A program made the position numbers and the translations under genes. The notes beneath the pieces were generated by a model. That model ran no database searches. It had not been told where the DNA came from and worked only from the letters and a program-made list of their open reading frames with translations. Of a stretch of DNA of 32,000 nucleotides, positions 1 through 9,091 are shown piece after piece. Position 1 is the stretch's first letter. Each line of letters begins with the position of its first letter. Location of the stretch: the NCBI RefSeq assembly GCF_001941975.2, contig NZ_CP146991.1, forward strand, positions 1,504,524 to 1,536,523. Direction: 5' to 3'. The stretch is from Sporomusa sphaeroides DSM 2875 (GTDB lineage: Bacteria > Bacillota > Negativicutes > Sporomusales > Sporomusaceae).

Positions 1-552
1 CGGGTCTGGCAGCAATTTGCTGCAAACATGCTGCGGGCTAAAGGTCATATGCAATATTTTCATCAGCGATATGGCAGCAAATTCCGGCTGGATATCAGAC
101 CGGAAGTCCCCTTTGCTGATCGCATCCTTGATACAGTCCTGCAAAAAGGCGTGCAGGCGATGGGCGGCAATTTTCACAGTGCTGTCGAAATATTTTGTGG
201 GATTAAAAATTTCAACGAAAAAAAGACGGTCTATGTAAGGATTTTCTTTATGAGTCACGATCGCCATGGCTGCAAACTGTCTTATTTTCATCACCGGAGA
301 AATATCTTCCTTACTAAGGTTGTCAATTATGTTTTCAAGTATGGCTAACTGTTTTTCCAGGACAAAAGCATACAGGTTTTCTTTTCCGCCGAAATAATAA
401 GAAATCAGTGCAATGTTTACTCCCGCGGCATCAGCCAGCTCTTTTACCGAGACGGCAGCCAGTCCTTTGGTCGCGAACAAAGGAATTGCTGCTTCAATAA
501 TTTTATTAACGGTGGGCTTTTCGGTGCTTACTGGTGCTTTCGCTGTATTCAC
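1..552 (-). CDS. TetR/AcrR family transcriptional regulator (partial; C-terminus lies beyond the window edge)
   Basis: Hand translation of the minus strand from GTG at 552 gives VNTAKAPVSTEKPTVNKIIEAAIPLFATKGLAAVSVKELADAAGVNIALISYYFGGKENLYAFVLEKQ... This is a classic TetR N-terminal HTH (pattern I..A...F...G....SV.ELA..AGV....I.YYF..KE.LY). The frame stays open to position 1. It is absent from the ORF track because it has no stop codon inside the window. Confidence 0.8.
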   Translation of the reverse strand, partial: MNTAKAPVSTEKPTVNKIIEAAIPLFATKGLAAVSVKELADAAGVNIALISYYFGGKENLYAFVLEKQLAILENIIDNLSKEDISPVMKIRQFAAMAIVTHKENPYIDRLFFVEIFNPTKYFDSTVKIAAHRLHAFLQDCIKDAISKGDFRSDIQPEFAAISLMKILHMTFSPQHVCSKLLPDP

Positions 553-730
553 CCTCTTTCATTTGATAGCCTGCTTGGATTTTTAAATAAAGATTTAAAA
601 CATGAATTTAATTATAGTATATTATTCACCTAGTGTCTACCATATCCCACTAAAAATGTTGCTGAAAAAGTATGTGAAAATATTTTTTTAACCATAGAAA
701 AACAGGGAATTTTCTGTTAAACAAATAAAA

Positions 731-765
731 ACCGGGCTGCAATTCATTGCAGCCCGGTAATTTTT
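731..765 (-). terminator. Rho-independent terminator (bidirectional hairpin) downstream of the 768-1223 gene
   Basis: A perfect 12-bp stem accgggctgcaa / ttgcagcccggt with loop ttca spans 731-758. It is flanked by T-runs on both strands: tttttac follows it on the plus strand and ttttatttg follows it on the minus strand. Confidence 0.8.
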
Positions 766-767
766 AC

Positions 768-1223
768 TTAGCGTCGTGCTTGTTTATCCCTGTTTTTGAA
801 TTTATCCCATAGATACCGTCCGGCCATAAATACGGCGGCAAGCAAGATGACATTGAATACTATGCCCATTATACTGGCAAACATGCCTGCTTCGCCAAAG
901 CCGAACATACCGCCCAGCATACTGCCTAACAGCATGCCGCCGCCGAGGAGACCGGCAGTACGAAGGAAGCCGCCACCGGTAGTGGCTTGCTGTGCAGCAG
1001 CGGCCTGGGGATTGGGTTTAGCTGCTGCTGCCGGTGCTTTTTCATTATAGCTTTGTGCCGGGGCTGAAGGCTTATAATCGCTGGAATTGTTATTTTTGAC
1101 AGGGGAAGATTGGGTTGGCGGCGCTTTGAAAGACGGAGCCCTCCTTGAACCACCAATTGCGGCAAAACTTACAGCATTAAAAGCGAACATGAAAACAAAA
1201 GTCAATAATAATAATTTTCTCAT
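768..1223 (-). CDS. Hypothetical secreted/membrane protein (signal peptide, Pro/Ala/Gln-rich linker, Gly-zipper C-terminal TM region)
   Basis: 151-aa ORF. The N-terminus MRKLLLLTFVFMFAFNAVSFA looks like a signal peptide. The C-terminus GLLGGGMLLGSMLGGMFGFGEAGMFASIMGIVFNVILLAAVFMAG is hydrophobic and Gly-rich. AGGAGG lies upstream and a terminator lies downstream. No family was recognised. Confidence 0.6.
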   Translation of the reverse strand: MRKLLLLTFVFMFAFNAVSFAAIGGSRRAPSFKAPPTQSSPVKNNNSSDYKPSAPAQSYNEKAPAAAAKPNPQAAAAQQATTGGGFLRTAGLLGGGMLLGSMLGGMFGFGEAGMFASIMGIVFNVILLAAVFMAGRYLWDKFKNRDKQARR

Positions 1224-1231
1224 TAGTAAGG

Positions 1232-1546
1232 TTACTCCTCCTTGTGGGTCTTTACATCTTCCGGGAAAGTGTATATTTCTGCTAAACTAGGCAATTCTCC
1301 TGCTAAGTAACGATCAATATCATGGACATCAATATAAAAGGTACAGGCGACTTCAAGATAACCCTGTTCTTTGCCATGACTTAGCTCGCGGATGGCCATC
1401 AGGCGTTCGCGGAGATCCAAACAATCTTGATGCGATGCTGTTACATTGAGGGTTGCCAATGGAATGCCATATTCCCTCAGAACATCCTGTAAGTTCATTC
1501 TTTCCGACATGAATGCAATCACCACTTTGTCATAGTTTACCCTCAT
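1232..1546 (-). CDS. Hypothetical protein (104 aa), probably co-transcribed with 768-1223
   Basis: The ORF has normal amino-acid composition and is co-directional with the next gene, 8 nt upstream of it. No family was recognised from the sequence. Confidence 0.5.
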   Translation of the reverse strand: MRVNYDKVVIAFMSERMNLQDVLREYGIPLATLNVTASHQDCLDLRERLMAIRELSHGKEQGYLEVACTFYIDVHDIDRYLAGELPSLAEIYTFPEDVKTHKEE

Positions 1547-1671
1547 TTTGAGGTTTCGACACCAACAATGTAATATGAAACTAAGAAAAAGTCAAGGAAA
1601 AGATAGGTAAAGGGTGACTGATGACAGCCTGTCTTGTATAATAAAAAGCAAAAATAAGTGAGGTTACTATA

Positions 1672-1887
1672 TTGCGTAAATTTATAAAAACGACTGAAAG
1701 TATTATTACGCCTCTGGAGCCGCGGCGGGCAGTTATTGTTGGTGACGAATGCCTGGTGGATGTGCGGTTTGTGGAAAGCCGCAGTGAGGCGGCCGGCTGG
1801 CTTTATGAATATGAGGTAACCGGCGAGATCGGTAAAGTGGAAAAGTTTTTTGTCCGGTTGAAAGATATAGAGCGCAAACTGGATTAA
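1672..1887 (+). CDS. Hypothetical small protein (71 aa, TTG start)
   Basis: Its composition is balanced and charged (…VIVGDECLVDVRFVESRSEAAGWLYEYEVTGEIGKVEKFFVRLKDIERKLD). The overlapping minus-strand 125-aa ORF, by contrast, looks like low-complexity noise. No homology was recognised. Confidence 0.4.
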   Translation: MRKFIKTTESIITPLEPRRAVIVGDECLVDVRFVESRSEAAGWLYEYEVTGEIGKVEKFFVRLKDIERKLD

Positions 1888-2957
1888 CCCCGGTTTGGCA
1901 GGGTCTTTAGTATTAGCCATTTGGTAATAGGTACGCCGGCTAATAAAATAAAGAGCAGCCGGAACAACTGGTAGGCAACAACGGTGGCTAAATCGGCGTT
2001 AGCTGCCAGGGCTGTCAACCCCATCTCCGACATACCTCCCGGAGCCATGCTGATAAATGCCGTCACAAATGACATCGGGTATATCAGGGAGAAGGCGTAG
2101 GCAGTGCCTAACAACAGGCCGATTACTGTTAATACTGTAAGCAGATTGACTAAGGCAATGGTTTTCCAGTTGGTCAGACTGTTAAAGTCGACATCACTGC
2201 CCATGCGAATACCAACGAAAATCTGTGCCAGGGCAATCACCGGGGAAGGCAAAACAGGCGCATGTATGCCTGCTAATACCAGCAGCGCTGTTCCCAAAAC
2301 AGGTACAAGGACATATACATTAGCTAGTCTGACCCATTTGGCTAATTTTATTAAGCCAAGAATGGCCAGCAGAAAAAAGAGCAGTACCGGCAGTTCATCG
2401 CTGCCCATAGGTGTAACCAACCGGGCGCCGGCTGTAGTCATTTGACCGGTAATGCCGTGCAGTGCCAGCACGGGGACGACAAAGACAACGGTAATCACCC
2501 GCACTGTCTGCATCAAGGTAACTACGGACACATCAGTCCCTTTGGTTTCTTCGCAGATAACCGACATTTGGGACAAGCCGCCAGGCAGGCTGCCAATCAG
2601 GCTGTTGGCCAGGCCAACACCGGTATATCGTCCGGATACATAGCCTGTGGCTAAACAAAGGACAATCAGTGTTGTTGACATTAGCAGCATGTGCGGCAAT
2701 TGCTGCAGCACATGGTGGCCGACTGCCGGGGTAAAAGGGCTGCCCATCATATATCCCAGGACAACCATGCCCATGTTGCGTAATTTCTTCGGCCAATAAA
2801 CGGTTTTTTTTAAAGCTGATTTCCAGACAATGGTTATAACCAGCGGGCCTAACGTCCAGGGCAAAGGCAAATGCAGCAGGTTAAATAACAAGCCGCCGGT
2901 TATAGCCAGGAGAAAAATGGATAATAATTGTTTATACATGTATTCACCTTGATTCAT
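1884..2957 (-). CDS. AbrB-family membrane protein (putative transporter, AbrB-duplication type)
   Basis: 357-aa polytopic membrane protein with two similar halves. Each half contains a GG(L/M)SxM motif (PGGLSQMSV and PGGMSEMGL), which is typical of the AbrB/PF05145 duplication family. The true start may be the second ATG at 2939, which has AAGGTG 6 nt upstream. Confidence 0.75.
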   Translation of the reverse strand: MNQGEYMYKQLLSIFLLAITGGLLFNLLHLPLPWTLGPLVITIVWKSALKKTVYWPKKLRNMGMVVLGYMMGSPFTPAVGHHVLQQLPHMLLMSTTLIVLCLATGYVSGRYTGVGLANSLIGSLPGGLSQMSVICEETKGTDVSVVTLMQTVRVITVVFVVPVLALHGITGQMTTAGARLVTPMGSDELPVLLFFLLAILGLIKLAKWVRLANVYVLVPVLGTALLVLAGIHAPVLPSPVIALAQIFVGIRMGSDVDFNSLTNWKTIALVNLLTVLTVIGLLLGTAYAFSLIYPMSFVTAFISMAPGGMSEMGLTALAANADLATVVAYQLFRLLFILLAGVPITKWLILKTLPNRG

Positions 2958-3087
2958 GGAATGAATATACCATCTGTAAGCTCTCCTGTATATAGTAGCA
3001 CTTTAACCCCAAAGTGAAAAATAGATAGAATTTATATTTCGCAAAAAATATGGTAGAATTGGGGGAGAAATAGGAAGGGGTGGGCAG

Positions 3088-4491
3088 TTGAAACAAATAA
3101 CGCTGGAAGACGTATTAGCAGCCAAAGAACGGCTTGCTTCCCTTCAGGCTGAACTGCGCTGTTGTTATCAATTACCGGTAGTCAGTTTTACTGCTAATAT
3201 TCCCGGGTCTGTCAAAGATAGTCCTGTGGTACGGCAATTGCTGCAGACTGCGGTCAATAGATTCAGGACTATTGCCGGGAGCAGCATTGATATTGTGGAA
3301 GAACGGTTTATGTATTGGCCGACAGGCCCGGCAGCGGTATTGGTCGCGGACGGTAGTCCGGACGAACTTAAACGCTCCTGTATTGCTATTGAAGAAGCCG
3401 GTTTTCATGCCAGGCTGTTTGATATTGATGTATTTAGTGCAGACGGCAGGCAAATTTCCCGCAGTACCTTAGGCCAGCGGGAACGTACCTGTTTTCTGTG
3501 CGGTGAGCCTGCGGTACTGTGCCGCCGTTCCAACAAACATACGCTTGAGGAAATTAAAGCTAATGTTCAGGCAAGGTTGGCAGCTTTTGCGGCGACAGCC
3601 ACCGACCCCTGGCCACAAGCTGTTTGGGATATAGGTGCCTGGGCTGTTGAAGCCATGCTGATGGAAGCGGCCTGCACACCGGCGCCGGGGTTGGTAGACC
3701 GGGATAATGCCGGTGCGCACAACGATATGGATTTCTTCACCTTTTTGATGAGCAGCAGTGCGCTGGCCGGCAGTATGTTCCGCTGTGCCGCCGCCGGCTA
3801 CCGGCACGATGGTTTGCCGGCAGAGTTATTGCCGGTGCTGCGATATATCGGCAAAGACGGTGAAGCCCGGATGATGAAGGCCACAAGCGGTGTTAACACC
3901 CAAAAAGGGCTGTTGTTCCTGCTGGGGATACTGGCAGCAGCTGCTGCATATACCTTGAAACAGTCAGCAACCGTTACCGGGGAACAAATTCTTGATACAG
4001 CCGCCGTTATGGCGCAAGGCATTGTGAGCAGAGAGCTGGCGGTGCTGCCGGCGAGAGATCCGGTCAGGCTGACTGCCGGCGAAAAGCTGTACCTGAAATA
4101 TGGAGTAACCGGTATCCGCGGCGAAGTGGAGAGCGGTATGCCCAGTATTCGGGAGCATGGTCTGCCGGTATTAAAGCAGGCGCTGGCCGCAGGGCTGTCT
4201 TTGAATGACGCCCTGGTACATACACTGGTGAGTTTAATGACGGTGGTGGAAGATACTACGATTTTAAACCGCCATAGCCTGGAAGTTTTGCTTGATGTGA
4301 AAAACCAGGCTAAAGGGATAATGAGTCGCGGGGGTATGCTTGCCGGTCCAGGCAGGGCGAAAATTGCAGAAATGGATGAACTATTTATTGCCCGAAATAT
4401 TAGTCCTGGCGGGGTTGCCGATTTATTGGCCGCTACGTACTTTCTCTACTTGGTTGAAACTAACAATGTAGAAATGGCGGGGACGATATGA
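3088..4491 (+). CDS. citXG: Bifunctional CitX-CitG: holo-citrate lyase synthase (apo-ACP 2'-(5''-phosphoribosyl)-3'-dephospho-CoA transferase) fused to triphosphoribosyl-dephospho-CoA synthase
   Basis: The N-terminal ~180 aa match remembered E. coli CitX blocks (VVSFTANIPGSVKDS, RLFDIDVF, RTCFLCGEPAVLCRRSNKHTL). The C-terminal part carries the CitG/MdcB signature GLVDRDNAGAHNDMDFFTF. TTG start with a GGAAGGGG RBS. Confidence 0.85.
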   Translation: MKQITLEDVLAAKERLASLQAELRCCYQLPVVSFTANIPGSVKDSPVVRQLLQTAVNRFRTIAGSSIDIVEERFMYWPTGPAAVLVADGSPDELKRSCIAIEEAGFHARLFDIDVFSADGRQISRSTLGQRERTCFLCGEPAVLCRRSNKHTLEEIKANVQARLAAFAATATDPWPQAVWDIGAWAVEAMLMEAACTPAPGLVDRDNAGAHNDMDFFTFLMSSSALAGSMFRCAAAGYRHDGLPAELLPVLRYIGKDGEARMMKATSGVNTQKGLLFLLGILAAAAAYTLKQSATVTGEQILDTAAVMAQGIVSRELAVLPARDPVRLTAGEKLYLKYGVTGIRGEVESGMPSIREHGLPVLKQALAAGLSLNDALVHTLVSLMTVVEDTTILNRHSLEVLLDVKNQAKGIMSRGGMLAGPGRAKIAEMDELFIARNISPGGVADLLAATYFLYLVETNNVEMAGTI

Positions 4492-5288
4492 GCGACAATG
4501 TGGTTTTAGCATTTATATTAACTTCGATAGCCGGTTTGGCAACCGGTGTGGGCGGATTACTGGCTTTTCTTGTAAAACGGAATAATACCAGGCTGCTGTC
4601 TGTCGGGCTGGGCTTTTCGGCCGGGATCATGATTTATGTTTCTTTTGTTGAACTCTTGCGCCAGGCCGAGGGTTCACTGATTGCTCATATGGGCGATCCT
4701 CTGGGCAAGTGGATAACCATTGCCAGCTTCTTTGGCGGCATTTTGCTATCCATTCTGCTGGATAAACTGGTGCCGGAGCACATGAGCTACCATGAGGTCG
4801 ATGTTAATGCAGCGCAGGAAACCCAGAAGCTTTCGGCGGAAAAGCTAAAACGGATGGGGTTGTTTACCGCTTTTGCCATTGCGCTGCACAACTTTCCTGA
4901 AGGCTTGGCTACCTTCATCGGCACTCTGGATGATCCGGCTTTAGGGGTATCTTTGGCGGCCGCTATTGCCATTCACAATATCCCGGAAGGTATGTCTGTG
5001 GCTTTGCCGATCTATTATGCCACAGGCAATACCCTGCAGGCGTTTGGCTATTCGCTGTTATCCGGGCTGGCAGAACCTGTGGGCGGATTACTGGGCTATA
5101 TTGTCTTAAAAACCTTTTTAAATGAAATGGTTCTGGGGGTTACCTTTGCCGCGGTTGCCGGCATTATGGTATATATATCACTGGATGAATTACTGCCAAT
5201 GGCCCGCGAATCAGGTACAGGACACAGTGAAATGTTCGGTCTGGTACTGGGGATGCTGGTTATGGCCATTAGTCTATTATTGTTTTGA
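4488..5288 (+). CDS. zupT: ZIP-family zinc transporter ZupT
   Basis: 266-aa polytopic protein with the paired ZIP motifs HNFPEGLA and HNIPEGMSVA. Its start overlaps the citXG stop (ATGA). Confidence 0.9.
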   Translation: MSDNVVLAFILTSIAGLATGVGGLLAFLVKRNNTRLLSVGLGFSAGIMIYVSFVELLRQAEGSLIAHMGDPLGKWITIASFFGGILLSILLDKLVPEHMSYHEVDVNAAQETQKLSAEKLKRMGLFTAFAIALHNFPEGLATFIGTLDDPALGVSLAAAIAIHNIPEGMSVALPIYYATGNTLQAFGYSLLSGLAEPVGGLLGYIVLKTFLNEMVLGVTFAAVAGIMVYISLDELLPMARESGTGHSEMFGLVLGMLVMAISLLLF

Positions 5289-5312
5289 GTTATCTATTCT
5301 GGTTGACTAAGA

Positions 5313-5347
5313 AAAGCTCGCCGTCATGGCCGGCTTTATTTTTTTTC
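5313..5347 (+). terminator. Rho-independent terminator after zupT
   Basis: Stem aaagctcgcc / ggccggcttt (one C-C mismatch, one G-U pair) with loop gtcat, followed by a run of T. Confidence 0.65.
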
Positions 5348-5393
5348 AAAAATATGTTATAATTATTTTTCAAGTGATTATTAAGAAAGATAA

Positions 5394-7025
<1,632 letters not shown>

Positions 7026-7040
7026 AATTATAGTGATAAA

Positions 7041-7075
7041 AAACGAGATTGCTTGGCGGCAATCTCGTTTTTTAT
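7041..7075 (+). terminator. Rho-independent terminator after the ABC-F gene
   Basis: Stem acgagattgc / gcaatctcgt with a 6-nt loop, followed by tttttt. Confidence 0.8.
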
Positions 7076-7376
7076 CCTAAATATTTTCCCACTGGGAAAA
7101 TACAGTATAATTAAGTGTACAGGCTGTTCAGGGGACGGTTAGCTCCTGCCTGTTAAGGAGAAGGATGGTACAATGACTGTTTGAAGCATTTTGCTGTCGC
7201 AGTTGCCACGCTCATGATATTGGCCATAAGCCAAAAGGAATAACCATCTCTGTGCTCAAGCCTGTTTGTTGTACCATCAGAAGCGTAGGCGTGTTGTTTT
7301 TTTCTATGGTGGCGGATTGCTCACCGAAGGCCCGTTTAACTGAATCTTAGCCAGCCGCGCAAGTCAGGATATCCAC

Positions 7377-8027
7377 TCAGCATAAGGTTCTCCCAATTTT
7401 ATTTGACATTACTATATAGACCAACGTGGCGAGAAGGGAGATTAAGGTTTTTTGACAACAACTACTGATAGAAGACTTATAGTAGGAACACCTGAATTTG
7501 AACAATTTGCTATTCACTGACCCAGACGCCATCGAATCAGCTAGGGAAGGGCCAATAGTAAATGCGTTTGGACAAGGTTTTTCAGACAATTTGAGTCGGT
7601 AAAGCAGAAAGAAAATGCATTATTTTATTATAAATGAGATTTTTATTGAGTTCAATTAGATTAGCTGTGTAGATTGAATGGACTAGATTATATTTAACAC
7701 CATTCAGCAAGCCAGTCTTAGGCAATAACAAATTCCTTGGCATACAGTATAATTCGGATAGTTTCAAATTATATCAAAAGTAGAATTGACTTCCTCCCGC
7801 CCGGTTGCTGTTCTCCATTGGAACCTGTTTCGCACGTCACGCTTGAAAAAGCTAAAGCCAATATATCGCCTGTAGCCGACGTGACAATTGTTCCATGACG
7901 GATTTCCTCTTGCTTTTGAGCCCATATTAGCGTCTAGGAACACTGCATGCAGGTTGTGAAGCAGGCTGTTGACAAAACAGGCGGCATTTTCCGAAGGGAA
8001 AATCAGCTTGTTTTGTTTTCCGGCCAA
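7377..8027 (-). pseudogene. Probable decayed transposase remnant (IS1182/IS5-like, DUF772-type N-terminus), broken into three frame-shifted ORFs
   Basis: Three end-to-end minus-strand ORFs in different frames (8027-7764, 7767-7582, 7589-7377) lie in an AT-rich ~1.1-kb gap with no intact gene. Fragments resemble remembered IS1182-type blocks. NKLIFPSENAACFVNSL resembles QLSLF..IPEDH..RFI..FVD. SKARGNPSWNN resembles EKGRPAYHPK. FFKRDVRNRFQW resembles SSR.IE....ENIAFRW. GLLNGVKYNLVHSIYTAN resembles GLV..E.VAIDGTKIKAN, with the catalytic D lost. The similarity is weak and judged from memory only. Confidence 0.35.
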
Positions 8028-8210
8028 TGATCAATTTGTATAAATTCCGGTCCGTATGTTTATATCTACAGTCTAATTGTCAAAACCATTATATATTGTT
8101 ATACATATAATATAATCTGTACCAGTTTTCTAATGCTAATGGCCGCCGGGCCTCAGTGCCCCCACCTCAGCGAAAACAGTTTCTTATGCGAAATAGCAGG
8201 CAGGTCAAGG

Positions 8211-8615
8211 CTAGCGGTCAGTAAGCTGCATTTCGCCAGGGCCACCCTCGGTCCAGATAGTTATAAACACCTGGCCGTTTTCCCGAAAAGCACGCAGCAA
8301 CTCACAATGACGCAGGACAGCAAAGTTTTTTTCGAGCTGTAGCCGTGATATGCTTAATTTTTGCATAATTTGGTCATGTGTAACCGGTCCTTCAGCTTGG
8401 ACGTAATTGTAGAGGTCTTTTTGCAGGTCGGTCAGGCCATCGGTGCCTTCCTGGCCTGCTGCCTTGCGTGCCGATTTAGCACTGTACACGGCAGCTACAT
8501 CACAACTGCGCGGCGGTTCCAGCGCTTCCACATAACAGTCCTCACACAGTGTCTGGCCCCGGTGTTTGACTTCTTCACCAGCCGGAATGGCTGCATTGCA
8601 TTTTTGACAAACCAT
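8211..8615 (-). CDS. Hypothetical zinc-ribbon plus winged-helix-like protein
   Basis: 134 aa. The N-terminal CQKC...CEDC forms a four-Cys zinc ribbon. The C-terminal part (LQKDLYNYVQAEGPVTHDQIMQKLSISRLQLEKNFAVLRHCELL) looks like a wHTH. No named family was recognised. Confidence 0.6.
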   Translation of the reverse strand: MVCQKCNAAIPAGEEVKHRGQTLCEDCYVEALEPPRSCDVAAVYSAKSARKAAGQEGTDGLTDLQKDLYNYVQAEGPVTHDQIMQKLSISRLQLEKNFAVLRHCELLRAFRENGQVFITIWTEGGPGEMQLTDR

Positions 8616-8811
8616 TGTTCTAACCTCCAGTTATGCTATGTGTTTTGGTACTCTATTTTATTATAGCAAAGTAACAATGTAAATAGGAAGTCAATTAACG
8701 TTGGTGTGAATTAGTGTGATGACTTATACCACTTATGTCATAAAAAATACCAGATGTGAGCAAGTCATTATAAGGAACAAGTGGTCAAAATATCAAGTGC
8801 GAAATAAATTT

Positions 8812-8897
8812 TATATAGCATAGGCAAACCTTCTGAAAAGTGGGGACGCAAAGCCACGGGTCTAAGACAATTTGTTAAGATAGCCAGGTTGCAAAGA
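8812..8897 (+). promoter_or_regulatory. c-di-GMP-I (GEMM-I) riboswitch aptamer in the leader of the pgaABCD-like operon
   Basis: The sequence AUAGGCAAACCUUCUGAAAAGUGGGGACGCAAAGCCACGGGUCUAAG...AGAUAGCCAGGUUGC matches the conserved GEMM-I core as remembered from Vc2 (GGCAAACC-stem-GAAA tetraloop-stem-GGGACGCAAAGCC-CGG-CUAA...UAGC-GGGUU-C). That includes the GNRA tetraloop hairpin and a CUAAG tetraloop-receptor-like element. Confidence 0.8.
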
Positions 8898-8926
8898 TGG
8901 TTAACTTTGTAATCGGGCTATTTTTA
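8880..8926 (+). terminator. Intrinsic terminator forming the riboswitch expression platform
   Basis: A 17-position stem AUAGCCAGGUUGCAAAG / CUUUGUAAUCGGGCUAU (one mismatch, two G-U pairs) has loop AUGGUUAA and is followed by UUUUU. Its 5' arm reuses the 3' strand of the aptamer (AGCCAGGUUGC), so aptamer and terminator are mutually exclusive. This predicts an ON switch. Confidence 0.7.
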
Positions 8927-9091
8927 CATCCATTTGAATGTGCTTGTATAGCTAGCTAAGTTCATTTTAATGTTCTAGCATGCTCTCCAATGGAAGGTGC
9001 GGCAAGCTGTCTGTTCAGTATGAACCAATGTAGAAATGATACTAAGAACGTGTTAGGAATGACAAGAATTTATCATATAAGGGAGTTTGAT

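Noticed and set aside
17-348. Plus-strand ORFs 17-238 and 28-348 at the left edge.
   Set aside because: They are antisense to a clearly recognisable TetR-family reading frame on the minus strand (1-552).
1543-1920. 125-aa minus-strand ORF.
   Set aside because: Its translation has noise-like composition (…FCFLLYKTGCHQSPFTYLFLDFFLVSYY…) and no RBS. It overlaps the more protein-like 1672-1887 plus-strand ORF and the end of the AbrB-family gene.
7102-7754. A 12-nt direct repeat tacagtataatt at 7102-7113 and 7743-7754 was considered as possible insertion-element boundaries or target-site duplication.
   Set aside because: Chance 12-mer matches are expected in a 32-kb window (my rough estimate is tens of such pairs). 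Both copies look like generic TATAAT-containing AT-rich sequence, and no inverted repeats are associated with them.
7785-7850. The minus strand reads GUGCGAAACAGG at 7835 downward, resembling the GUGYG 5' end of a group II intron.
   Set aside because: No domain V/VI-like sequence (the AGC...GAAA...GUACGGUUC type) was found in the ~700 nt downstream on that strand, and there is no reverse transcriptase ORF. The motif falls inside the transposase-like ORF fragment (…RNRFQW…), so it is best explained as coincidence.
8990-9091. A 34-codon N-terminal extension of pgaA in the track. Similar extensions occur for pgaD (14447-14560), the TfoX_C gene (24442-24498) and the DUF815 gene (18959-18976).
   Set aside because: The internal starts have proper Shine-Dalgarno sequences. 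They also give a signal peptide (pgaA), avoid an 86-nt overlap with pgaC (pgaD), or match the family N-terminus.
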